Of a stretch of DNA of 64,000 nucleotides, positions 21,213 through 30,004 are shown piece by piece (positions within the stretch are counted from its first letter, which is position 1; each line of letters begins with the position of its first letter). The notes below the pieces were generated by a model. It was not told where the DNA came from and did not search any database. It saw nothing but the letters and a program-made list of their open reading frames with translations. This DNA is from Methylacidimicrobium fagopyrum (lineage in GTDB: Bacteria; Verrucomicrobiota; Verrucomicrobiia; Limisphaerales; UBA11358), in assembly GCA_026225255.1 (NCBI GenBank), contig JAMFSJ010000043.1, forward strand, positions 23,597 to 87,596, given 5' to 3'. The translations under genes were made by a program, and so were the position numbers.

Positions 21213-21956
21213 TCACATCACCATGCCGCCATCCACCGTCAAAACTTGACCGGTGATGTAGCGGGCCGATGGACTGGCCAAAAATAATGCCGCGCTGGCG
21301 ATGTCATCCGCCGCCCCGAATTTGCCGAGCGGAATCTGGCGCAAAATATTCGCCTTCAATTCTTCGTTCAATTCCGACGTCATGTCCGTCTCGATGAAAC
21401 CAGGCGCAATCGCATTTGCCGTCACCCCGCGACCCGCCAATTCACGCGCGACCGATTGCGTGAACCCGATCAAACCGGCCTTGCTCGCCGCGTAGTTGGA
21501 TTGGCCTGGATTACCAATGAGGCCGATGACGGAAGAAATATTCAAAATGCGACCGGCGCGTTGTTTGGCGAACGTGCGGAAAAACGCGCGGGTGAAATGA
21601 AACGCGCCCTTGAGATTCGTGTTCAAAACCGTATCCCAATCCGCGTCACTCATGCGCATCAACAGGCCGTCGCGCGTCACGCCCGCGTTGTTCACGAGAA
21701 TGTCCACCTTGCCGCAATCGGCGATGATTTTATCGGCGGCGGCGGTCACGGCCGCGCCGTCCGAAACGTCCACAGCGAACGCCCACGCTTTACGCCCGAG
21801 CGCGCGGATTTCCGCCGCGACCTTCTCGGAATTTTCCTGCGTGCGCGAAACGACGACGACATCCGCGCCTTCATTGGCGAATTTCAAGGCGATGGCGCGA
21901 CCGATCCCGCGACCGGCACCCGTAACGACCGCAATTTGATTAGCTAGTTGACTCAT
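21213..21956 (-). CDS. fabG: 3-oxoacyl-ACP reductase
   Basis: VTGAGRGIGRAIA and YAASKAG motifs. I started at ATG 21956 (MSQLANQ...); the track's upstream extension is only the translation of the CACAGATG repeat. Confidence 0.95.
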   Translation of the reverse strand: MSQLANQIAVVTGAGRGIGRAIALKFANEGADVVVVSRTQENSEKVAAEIRALGRKAWAFAVDVSDGAAVTAAADKIIADCGKVDILVNNAGVTRDGLLMRMSDADWDTVLNTNLKGAFHFTRAFFRTFAKQRAGRILNISSVIGLIGNPGQSNYAASKAGLIGFTQSVARELAGRGVTANAIAPGFIETDMTSELNEELKANILRQIPLGKFGAADDIASAALFLASPSARYITGQVLTVDGGMVM

Positions 21957-21970
21957 AAAATTATTTTCAG

Positions 21971-22003
21971 CCACAGATGAAACACAGATGGAACACAGAT
22001 GAA
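21971..22003. repeat. CACAGATG-family repeat (3 units), downstream flank of the extra fab-operon ORF
   Basis: ccacagatgaaacacagatggaacacagatgaa, the same motif as the 23551 array. Confidence 0.9.
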
Positions 22004-22027
22004 AAGGAACAAATTTCTCTAAAAACA

Positions 22028-22534
22028 CTAATTTGCATTAATGATCCGCTCGGGATATTTGCGTGTGTAGCTAACCCAATATTCGAAAATTCCATTTTTC
22101 TTTCCTTCGAGAATTTTCCGCGCTTGTTCATTCAAAGGTTTGATTTCCTTCTCCAGCGCCGAATCGTGATACCACTTCGACCAATCCTTCATTCCCAGCG
22201 CATCCCAATATCGAAGCGCAATTTGAAAAGCGGCCTTGAAAATCATCGCCAATTGGGTTGCTCCCAATTCGTCAAGACCACGGATAGTTTCCTCAGCCAA
22301 AACGGGATTGTGCCAATTTCCAAAATGCCACCCCAAATCATCCATCGCCAAGGAAACATCCAATTCATAAGTCGCCGCCATGGCTCTCAAGCCAATCGGA
22401 AGCTTTTGAATTTCAGCCACAAATTCAAGCGATTCTCGGCTCACAGAAATTCGCCGCTCAAGTTCTTTCGCCAGCAACTCGAAGAGCTCATCATCCGAAC
22501 TGTCGGCGATTGCTTTCGGAGTAAGGCTGCTCAT
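22028..22534 (-). CDS. Hypothetical cytoplasmic protein inserted in the fab operon (possibly DMP19/DUF4375-like)
   Basis: 168-aa ORF between fabD and fabG on the same strand, visibly more AT-rich than its neighbours. The pattern LPIGLRAMAATYELDVSLAMDDLGWHFGNW...ETIRGLDELGA loosely resembles DUF4375-type proteins. That family call is tentative. Confidence 0.6.
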   Translation of the reverse strand: MSSLTPKAIADSSDDELFELLAKELERRISVSRESLEFVAEIQKLPIGLRAMAATYELDVSLAMDDLGWHFGNWHNPVLAEETIRGLDELGATQLAMIFKAAFQIALRYWDALGMKDWSKWYHDSALEKEIKPLNEQARKILEGKKNGIFEYWVSYTRKYPERIINAN

Positions 22535-22536
22535 TT

Positions 22537-22567
22537 ATCTGTGTTACATCTGTGAAAATCTGTGGCT
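22537..22567. repeat. CACAGATG-family repeat in inverted orientation, upstream flank of the extra ORF
   Basis: atctgtgttacatctgtgaaaatctgtggct. Its reverse complement is agccacagattttcacagatgtaacacagat. It overlaps the fabD stop codon. Confidence 0.9.
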
Positions 22568-23495
22568 AAATCGAAAGCGCCTTCACCGTGGCTTCCAAGC
22601 TCGCCGCGTCCGACACGTTCAACATCGTGGCCGTTTTATCAATGCGTTTCATGAAGCCGCTCAGGGCGGTGCCCGGGCCGAGCTCGATGAAGCGCGTGTA
22701 GCCTTGCGCCAGCAACGCGCGCATGGATTCTTCCCAACGCACCGAGGCGCAGACTTGTTCCACGAGCTTCGCAGAAATGTCCGTCGCGCTGCCGTGGGCT
22801 TGCGCGGTGACGTTGGAAATCACCGGCACAACGGGCGAAATCAAATTTACTTTGGCCAATTCCGCGCCCAGTTTCGGCTGCGCACTGGCCATCAGCGGCG
22901 AGTGATACGCGCCGGCGACGGACAACGGCAACGCGCGTTTTGCGCCTTTGGCTTTCGCCAGTTCACACGCCTTCGTGATTTTTTCCGCTTCGCCGGAAAT
23001 CACGAGTTGGCCGGGACAATTCAGATTCGCCAACACGACGCCAGCTTCCGCGCAAACTTCGCGCGTCGGCGCTTCGTCCAAGCCGATGATTGCCGCCATG
23101 CCGCCTTTGGTCACATCGCAGGCTTCCTGCATGAATTTCCCGCGCTGGCGGACGACGCGTAATCCGTCCTCAAAACTCAGCGCGCCCGCTGCCGTCAACG
23201 CCGTGAATTCGCCGAGCGACAAACCGGCGGTCGCGTCGAATTTCAGATTCGGCACCTGTTCCTTGAGCAATTGAAACGCCACCCAGCTTACGAGAAAAAT
23301 TCCCGGCTGCGCGTTTTCGGTCTTAGTCAGATCGGCTTCCGGCCCGTTGAAACAGATGCCGGCGAGATCATAGCCGAGCGCGGCGTTGGCGCGATCGAAC
23401 CACGCTTGGGCGCTCGGAAATTTTTCCGCCAAGTCTTTGCCCATGCCGACTACCTGTGCGCCTTGACCGGCAAATAAGAGTGCAGTTTTGCTCAT
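22566..23495 (-). CDS. fabD: Malonyl-CoA:ACP transacylase
   Basis: MSKTALLFAGQGAQ start and GLSLGEF active-site Ser motif. The track start 23507 is TTG; ATG 23495 is preferred. Confidence 0.95.
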   Translation of the reverse strand: MSKTALLFAGQGAQVVGMGKDLAEKFPSAQAWFDRANAALGYDLAGICFNGPEADLTKTENAQPGIFLVSWVAFQLLKEQVPNLKFDATAGLSLGEFTALTAAGALSFEDGLRVVRQRGKFMQEACDVTKGGMAAIIGLDEAPTREVCAEAGVVLANLNCPGQLVISGEAEKITKACELAKAKGAKRALPLSVAGAYHSPLMASAQPKLGAELAKVNLISPVVPVISNVTAQAHGSATDISAKLVEQVCASVRWEESMRALLAQGYTRFIELGPGTALSGFMKRIDKTATMLNVSDAASLEATVKALSI

Positions 23496-23550
23496 AGAGT
23501 CTGGCAATAGAACACGAATTTAGGCGGTAGAGAAAGACTGATTTTTAGCC

Positions 23551-23616
23551 ACAGATGAACACAGATGAACACAGATGAACACAGATGAACACAGATGAAC
23601 ACAGATGAAGACAGAC
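23551..23616. repeat. Tandem 10-bp repeat ACAGATGAAC (5 perfect units plus about 1.6 degenerate)
   Basis: Read directly: acagatgaac x5 (23551-23600), then acagatgaag and acagac. Preceded by agcc. Lies in the fabD/lysS divergent region. Confidence 0.95.
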
Positions 23617-23778
23617 ACGAATTAACCCGAATCCAAATCCGACAGGGTGCTTCATGAAAATCCGTGAAATCCGTATCAAAGTTCTTTTCCCCTCAGCTAT
23701 GTTCAGCGTGGTTCAGTTGAATTTCATTTCCGCGTGCAAACCCGCGCCGTTTCCGCTTTAATCTTAAACTCTGACTTT

Positions 23779-25242
23779 ATGGACGACACGAATTCATTGA
23801 TCGAACAGCGCAAGGCCAAGCTCAAATCGCTTGAAGCCAAAGGCATTTTTCCGTTCCAAAACAAATTCACGCCGGACAACCAATGCGCCGCCGCCCGCAG
23901 CGGGTTTGAATCCGGCGCGTTGCCGGAAGGTCAGCGCGTGTCCGTCGCCGGCCGCATCACGGCGCACCGCGACATGGGCAAATCCATGTTTATCGATGTG
24001 CGCGACCAGAGCGGACGCATCCAGGTTTACGCCCAGAAAAACACGCTCGGTGACGATTCGTTCGACATTTTCACGCACCTCGATCTCGGCGATTTCGTCG
24101 GCGTCACCGGCACGTTGTTCCGCACCAAAACCGGTGAACCGAGCATCAAACTGGAAGCGTTTACCATTCTCGCCAAATCGCTGCGTCCGCCGCCCGCGAA
24201 ATGGCATGGCTTGGAAGATACGGAAATCCGCTACCGCCAGCGCTATCTCGATTTGATCGCGAATCCCGATGTGAAAGACGTGATGCTCAAGCGCAGCGCG
24301 ATCATCCACGAGATCCGGAATTTTTTCCACGGTCGCGGCTATGTCGAAGTCGAAACGCCCGCGATGCAGGCGATTCCCGGCGGCGCAGCGGCACAACCGT
24401 TCAAGACCTTTCACAACGCGCTCGGCTGCGAATTTTATCTGCGCATCGCGCTTGAGTTGTATCACAAACGGCTCCTCGTTGGCGGCATTGATAAACTGTT
24501 CGAGATCGGCAAGAACTTCCGTAACGAAGGCCTTTCGCGCCGGCATAATCCGGAATTCACCATGCTTGAAGCGTATCAGGCGTTCGGCGATTACAACACG
24601 ATGATGGAAACGGTGGAATCGCTCATCACGACCATCGCGCAAAAAGTTTTGGGGACGTTGGTCATCGAACATAAGGACGCGGAGGGCAAAGTAACTAAGA
24701 CCATTGATCTCACACCGAAATGGCGCCGCGCAAAATACAACGATCTCATCAAGGAAAAGGCCGGTGCGGATTGGTTTGACGTGACGCCGGAAGTTCGTCG
24801 TCAACGCGCCCACGATCTGGGCGCAGAAATCGGCAAGGAATTTGAAGATTTTGAAGTCACGAACGCCGTGTTTTCAAAATTCATCGAACCGACGCTCATC
24901 CAGCCGACGTTCGTCACGCATCTGCCCAAGGAACTCGTGCCGCTCGCCAAACTATCGCCCGATGATCCGACGACGGTTGAAGTCTTTGAATGCTGCATCA
25001 ATGGCCAGGAAATTTCGCCAGGCTACACCGAGCAGAATGATCCGATCGCGCAACGCGCAACGCTGGAACATCAAGCCGGTGGCGAACAGCAGAAGCTCGA
25101 CGAAGATTTTCTTGTCGCGCTGGAACACGGCATGCCGCCCGCCGGCGGCATCGGCATCGGCATTGATCGCCTGTGCATGATGTTGCTCGGCCAGGAAAGC
25201 ATCCGCGACGTGATTCTATTCCCGCAGTTGAAGCCGAAATGA
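23779..25242 (+). CDS. lysS: Lysine--tRNA ligase, class II
   Basis: N-terminal OB-fold region and class II motifs (FRNEGLSRRHNPEFTMLE; GGIGIGIDRLCMMLLG). ATG 23779 (MDDTNSLIEQRKAKL) is preferred to the track start. Confidence 0.95.
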   Translation: MDDTNSLIEQRKAKLKSLEAKGIFPFQNKFTPDNQCAAARSGFESGALPEGQRVSVAGRITAHRDMGKSMFIDVRDQSGRIQVYAQKNTLGDDSFDIFTHLDLGDFVGVTGTLFRTKTGEPSIKLEAFTILAKSLRPPPAKWHGLEDTEIRYRQRYLDLIANPDVKDVMLKRSAIIHEIRNFFHGRGYVEVETPAMQAIPGGAAAQPFKTFHNALGCEFYLRIALELYHKRLLVGGIDKLFEIGKNFRNEGLSRRHNPEFTMLEAYQAFGDYNTMMETVESLITTIAQKVLGTLVIEHKDAEGKVTKTIDLTPKWRRAKYNDLIKEKAGADWFDVTPEVRRQRAHDLGAEIGKEFEDFEVTNAVFSKFIEPTLIQPTFVTHLPKELVPLAKLSPDDPTTVEVFECCINGQEISPGYTEQNDPIAQRATLEHQAGGEQQKLDEDFLVALEHGMPPAGGIGIGIDRLCMMLLGQESIRDVILFPQLKPK

Positions 25243-25280
25243 TTTTGAACCGCTAATCTCCGCTGATTTTCGCTAAAGTT
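25243..25280. repeat. Stop-codon-abutting phased motif TTTTGAACCGCTAATCTC CGCTGATTTT CGCT (after lysS)
   Basis: Three 10-bp units beginning CGCT(A/G)A. Family members at 34868-34906, 27561-27585 and 46874-46907. Confidence 0.8.
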
Positions 25281-25375
25281 GGAATGGCCATGAAGATGCT
25301 TTGCTGAAAGAGCTGGAGCCCCGGCGGAAATAAGGTTTCACTGGCCGCGTGTTCACTTCCAGAACTATTGGTGGA

Positions 25376-26368
25376 ATGGGATTGATGGGGCGGTGGGTGC
25401 TATTTGCCGTTGGATTGATGTTTATCCCGCCAGTCATTGGCGCGGAGATTGCGACCACGTTTAATCCTAAACTGAAAGCCATCGCCGCCTGCCCGGCCCT
25501 GATGGCGGCGGCGCAGACGAATCACATCCCCGTCGGTCAATTCGATGCCACATCCACCACCAACGGATTGCATCCCGGCGATTCGGCGACGCTGCTGCTG
25601 ACCTTCGTTCAAAAGGAAAAACGGACGCAATATCTTTTATATGTTGAAGCCGTCGCCCCGGATCCCAAACAGAAGCCGGCCCCCAAGCCGCAACCGTTTG
25701 TCATCCAATCCGGTTATGGGCCGATGAAATTTGAATCCAAACCGGTGGCGGCGAAGCTGCGTTTGCTCGGGCCTTTTACCATCGCCGGCAGCGCGAAACC
25801 ATCCCCGGTGGAAGAGAAGGATGCGCAATTTTATCTAAACGAAGATTTTCTGGGTCTCGGCCTGGATCGGGCGGCCGCCCTCTTGTGGCGCTGGAACCAG
25901 CCAACCAATTCACAGGCTTTGATCCGTTCCAATACCGTGCCGGTGAAGAAGCCAACGGCGGATGAGGAGCGCGCCGTGTGCGCCAGCATCCCCGCCCTAT
26001 TTTCGTATGTCGATATCGTGCAACATACCGAAGGGTTGGACCGTCTTTTCATGAAGCTGGTCGAATTTCCCTCGGTGTGGTCCATGGTGAAGAATGTCGG
26101 CATGCATGTGAATTTATTTTTTAGCGATGACCCGTCCGCTTCCCCGGCCAATCCGGTGGATTGGAAGGTGTCCGCGGCTTCCCCGATTTATTATTTTCCG
26201 TGGCAGATGGATTTGAACGATCAACCGGCACTGAAAATCACACTCGTAGTGACCCGGCCGCAACCGCCGTTACTGATTTGCGGTGGTGTGATCAGTCTGC
26301 TGGCCGAAAAGGTGAGCGATGAAAAAACTTATATGACCATGAGTATCATCGGGGCGCAGCGAAATTGA
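25376..26368 (+). CDS. Hypothetical secreted protein
   Basis: Signal-peptide-like MGLMGRWVLFAVGLMFIPPVIGA from ATG 25376 and a Pro/Lys-rich linker (PDPKQKPAPKPQP). I recognise no family. Confidence 0.55.
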   Translation: MGLMGRWVLFAVGLMFIPPVIGAEIATTFNPKLKAIAACPALMAAAQTNHIPVGQFDATSTTNGLHPGDSATLLLTFVQKEKRTQYLLYVEAVAPDPKQKPAPKPQPFVIQSGYGPMKFESKPVAAKLRLLGPFTIAGSAKPSPVEEKDAQFYLNEDFLGLGLDRAAALLWRWNQPTNSQALIRSNTVPVKKPTADEERAVCASIPALFSYVDIVQHTEGLDRLFMKLVEFPSVWSMVKNVGMHVNLFFSDDPSASPANPVDWKVSAASPIYYFPWQMDLNDQPALKITLVVTRPQPPLLICGGVISLLAEKVSDEKTYMTMSIIGAQRN

Positions 26369-26441
26369 ACAGTTACCTAACTGAGTGAAATTTATTCGCG
26401 GCCTACACAAAATACACCTGCCTTCAGCTTTAAAAAGTTTT

Positions 26442-27560
26442 ATGAAATCGAGCAATTCAGCAAATACTCGCGCTTTTTCGATAATTATTTTCGTCGCATT
26501 AACCATCGTATCGTCACTGAGGGCCGCCGGGTGGCGCGCAGAAAGTTTGCCGGCTAACGATCAGCTTTTCCAACGCACCAACGGCTGGATCGGCGCGGAC
26601 GGCGATTTCACCGTCGCTTTGCCAAATGGCGTCACGCTCTGGCTGTTCAGCGATACGTTTCTCGGTGACGTGCGGGAGGGTCATCGTCAAAACGCGACGA
26701 TGATCAATAATTCCGCGGCCTGGCAACGCGGAACCAATCCCACGAATGCCAGTGTGGAATTTTTCTACCATCAATCCGCCAACGGAAAGTCAAAATCCCT
26801 GGTCACGCCCGCCGATGGCAAAGGTTGGTTCTGGATTTTTGACGCGGCGCTGGCGGACAAAAAATTATTTCTATTTCTGCCGCAATTTGAACACGCAACC
26901 AGTAAGAGCGCGGCGTTCGGTTTTCGACAGGTCGGTTTATGGCTCGGTGAAATTGCGAACCCGCTGGATCCTCCGCCGCAATGGAAAATCACGCAGACTA
27001 AAATTCCTTTTTGGCAATCGGGCACCAATGAAAGTCGCAATTTTGGTTCGGCTGTTTTGGTGACTAACGGATTCGTTTATGTTTTTGGCACGCACGATGT
27101 TCGGAGTCGCGACCGGAAAATGCTGCTGGCGCGTGCCCCGGAAAATTCGCTGCCGAATTTTTCAACGTGGCAATTTCGGACGCAAACGGACTGGAGCTCC
27201 AACGTTGCCGAAGCGGCTGATTTGTGCGGTCGCATGGGGAGTGAATATTCCGTCTCGTGGTTGCCGACGCTAAAACAATACATTTCAATCTGCACGGAAA
27301 ATGGTTTGTCTGACAAAATCATGCTCCGAACCGCGCCGGCGCCGTGGGGGCCGTGGAGTGCGGCGACGGTGGTTTATCATTGCCCGGAAATGAAATGGGA
27401 TAAAAAGATTTTCTGCTACGCCGCCAAGGCGCATCCGATGCTCGCGACCACGCCGGACGAGTTGATCGTGACCTACGCGGCTAATTCGTATGACTTTGGG
27501 CAACTCATGGATAACGCGCAGCTTTATTGGCCACGCTTCGTGCGGGTGACGGTGAAATGA
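26442..27560 (+). CDS. Hypothetical secreted protein (possibly DUF4185-like beta-propeller)
   Basis: Signal peptide from ATG 26442 (MKSSNSANTRAFSIIIFVALTIVSSLRA). GWIGADGDFTVALPNGVTLWLFSDTFLG resembles the first blade of DUF4185-type putative glycosidases. Tentative. Confidence 0.55.
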   Translation: MKSSNSANTRAFSIIIFVALTIVSSLRAAGWRAESLPANDQLFQRTNGWIGADGDFTVALPNGVTLWLFSDTFLGDVREGHRQNATMINNSAAWQRGTNPTNASVEFFYHQSANGKSKSLVTPADGKGWFWIFDAALADKKLFLFLPQFEHATSKSAAFGFRQVGLWLGEIANPLDPPPQWKITQTKIPFWQSGTNESRNFGSAVLVTNGFVYVFGTHDVRSRDRKMLLARAPENSLPNFSTWQFRTQTDWSSNVAEAADLCGRMGSEYSVSWLPTLKQYISICTENGLSDKIMLRTAPAPWGPWSAATVVYHCPEMKWDKKIFCYAAKAHPMLATTPDELIVTYAANSYDFGQLMDNAQLYWPRFVRVTVK

Positions 27561-27585
27561 TTTCAACCACTGATCGGCGGCAAGG
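27561..27585. repeat. Same motif family (short form) after the 26442-27560 gene stop
   Basis: tga-tttcaaccactgatcggcggc. Confidence 0.6.
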
Positions 27586-27605
27586 TAACAATTCCTCCGC
27601 GTTTC

Positions 27606-27838
27606 GTCCCAAAGGGACAACCGGAAATTAGCCAGACACGAAGTGTCTGGTTCACCGCAAACAAGTTTCCGTCCTGAATGGACGGCGGAATCCATCGTCC
27701 CGCCGGGACGAATCATTTTTCATCGTATCACCAGCCACTGCGTAGCTGGCTAATTTCCATCCGTCGCTCCGCGACCCGGAGCGCCGATCTCCTGATCGGC
27801 TCGTTCGCTCAACGACTTCATGCCGAGCAATGCTCGGC
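27606..27838. repeat. Array of at least seven short hairpins (REP/BIME-like) in the 398-bp spacer before the ABC-F gene
   Basis: Hairpins at 27606-18, 27632-50, 27669-85, 27695-711, 27731-49, 27765-83 (overlaps the next by one base), 27783-800 and 27822-38. A 13-bp long-range inverted repeat ggaaattagccag (27623-35) / ctggctaatttcc (27746-58). Confidence 0.85.
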
Positions 27839-27958
27839 GCTCCCAAGCGAAACGGAATCAACATCTCTCCTCCCCGCGCCTTGTAACTGGTTGCATTCTC
27901 TGAGATACTCTCAATTCGTTTTTTAACGCGTGGCTGGTTAATCTTTATTTTTACTGAA

Positions 27959-29812
27959 ATGTTAAATGTTTCTGGACTTCAAAAGTCGTTTGGCGGGCGT
28001 GAATTGTTTGACGATGTTTCGTTGAACATCATGTCGGGCGACCGTATCGCCATCACCGGGCCGAATGGCGCGGGCAAATCCACGCTCATCAAAATCATCC
28101 TCGGCAAGGAAGAGCCGGACGCGGGCACGGTGTCCTTTATTCGCGGCACACGCGTCGGTTATCTGCCGCAGGAAAGCGAACCCGCCGGTAACGAAACCGT
28201 GATGGAAGTCGCCGTGCCGACCGAGTATGAACACGACGGCCAGTTCATCGCCAAGGTGAAGCAGATTCTTTCGAGCCTCGGTTTTAAGCTGACGGATTAT
28301 GACCGGCCCGCGCGCGAAATGTCCGGCGGTTGGATCATGCGCGCGCATCTCGCGCGTTTGCTCGCGGACGAACCGGACTTGTTGATGCTCGACGAACCGA
28401 CGAACCATCTCGATCTCGAAACGCTCATCTGGTTTCAGGATTATCTGAAATATTATCCGGGCGCGATCTTGATGATTTCGCATGACCGCGAATTTTTGAA
28501 CAACCTGTGCACGCACATCGCGGAATTGCGTTCGTCAAAAATCATGCGCTACACCGGCAATTACGACGAGTATCTCGTGCAGCGCGCGGCCATGGAAGCA
28601 ACAATGATCGCCACCGCCAAGGCGCAGCAACGCGACATTGACCGGCTGCAATTATTCGCGGACCGCTTTGGGGCGAAAGCCAGCAAAGCCTCGCAGGCGC
28701 AGAGCAAACGCAAACAGATCGAACGCATCAAGGAAGATATGGTGCAAGTGCCGGACGGCCCGGAATCCACGATGGGTTTTCGTTTTCCGCAACCGCCCCG
28801 CAGCGGCCAACGCGTCATCACGTTGGAGAAAATTAAATTCGGCTACGGCGAAAAAATGATTTACGACGGCATTGATTTTGAAGCGGAACGCGATCAACGC
28901 ATCGTGCTCGTCGGCCCGAATGGCGCGGGCAAATCAACGTTATTGAAATTGCTTGCGGAAGTTTTGAAGCCGCAGTCCGGCGTGCATAAGCTCGGTCACA
29001 ATGCGAAATACGGTTACTTCGGGCAGCATCGCGCGGCGATGTTGAATCCGACCAACACGGTTTTTCAGGAAGCGATGGATACGCCGCAACGCATCACGGA
29101 ACAGGCCATCCGCACGGTGCTCGGCAGCTTTTTGTTTCGCGGCGATGATATTTACAAACCGGTGAAAGTGTTGAGTGGGGGCGAAAAAAGCCGGCTCGCG
29201 CTGGTTAAATTATTGCTCGATCCGCCCAACTTATTGTTGATGGACGAACCGACGACGCATCTTGATCTTGCGAGTGTGGACGCGCTCATCGAGGCGTTGA
29301 AGCAATATCAGGGCACGCTGGTTTTCATCAGCCATGATGTGCATTTTATTCGCGCCCTTTCCACGCATGTGGTGCGCGTGGAAGCCGGCACGCTGCGGCA
29401 TTTTACCGGCGGTTATCAGTATTATTTGGACAAGACCGCGCAATCCGCCCGCGCGGCGCTGACGAGCTCCAGCTTTTCAAACACGGCCGGAGCCGCTGAG
29501 AAACCGGTTTCGCAAGCGGATCGGCGGGAACAGAAACGTCAGGAAGCCGCGCTGCGCCAGGCGCGTTCCAGCAAAAAATCGGATCTGCAAAAACGCATCG
29601 CCGCATTGGAAAAAGAAATTGCCGATCTCGAAGCCAAGGAACGCGACTACGCGGTGGAGTTGGAAAAACCGGAAGCCTACCATTCTGGCGGTCGCGCCAC
29701 GCAAATCAACCGCGAGTTGGTGCGCGTTTCTGACCGACTGGAAGCGGCCAATAAAGAATGGGAAAAGGCCGGCGCGGATTTAGCGCAGATGGGGGATGGG
29801 GAAGCGGGTTGA
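27959..29812 (+). CDS. ABC-F family ATPase (two ABC domains, C-terminal coiled coil)
   Basis: Two Walker A sites (GPNGAGKST twice), two LSGG signatures (MSGGW, LSGGEKSR), no TM domain, and a charged C-terminal coiled coil. Confidence 0.9.
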   Translation: MLNVSGLQKSFGGRELFDDVSLNIMSGDRIAITGPNGAGKSTLIKIILGKEEPDAGTVSFIRGTRVGYLPQESEPAGNETVMEVAVPTEYEHDGQFIAKVKQILSSLGFKLTDYDRPAREMSGGWIMRAHLARLLADEPDLLMLDEPTNHLDLETLIWFQDYLKYYPGAILMISHDREFLNNLCTHIAELRSSKIMRYTGNYDEYLVQRAAMEATMIATAKAQQRDIDRLQLFADRFGAKASKASQAQSKRKQIERIKEDMVQVPDGPESTMGFRFPQPPRSGQRVITLEKIKFGYGEKMIYDGIDFEAERDQRIVLVGPNGAGKSTLLKLLAEVLKPQSGVHKLGHNAKYGYFGQHRAAMLNPTNTVFQEAMDTPQRITEQAIRTVLGSFLFRGDDIYKPVKVLSGGEKSRLALVKLLLDPPNLLLMDEPTTHLDLASVDALIEALKQYQGTLVFISHDVHFIRALSTHVVRVEAGTLRHFTGGYQYYLDKTAQSARAALTSSSFSNTAGAAEKPVSQADRREQKRQEAALRQARSSKKSDLQKRIAALEKEIADLEAKERDYAVELEKPEAYHSGGRATQINRELVRVSDRLEAANKEWEKAGADLAQMGDGEAG

Positions 29813-30004
29813 GCGTTGGGGAGTTAATAGTTTGAGAGCGGGAGCGGCATGTCCGGAATATGCCGCTCCTGACGGAGCTGAAAACTGTTTAAGAAATTTT
29901 TCTATCGAGATGTCGCGCCTAACGGCGTTGGAAAACTGGGGCTACGCGCTCCCCACTCCTTTCCTGCCGCGCATTCACATAAAAAATCATTCGTCCGTCA
30001 TCCG

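Noticed and set aside
23551-23616. The tandem repeat array as a possible CRISPR array.
   Set aside because: The unit is only 10 bp and the units are contiguous with no spacers. No cas genes are in the window.
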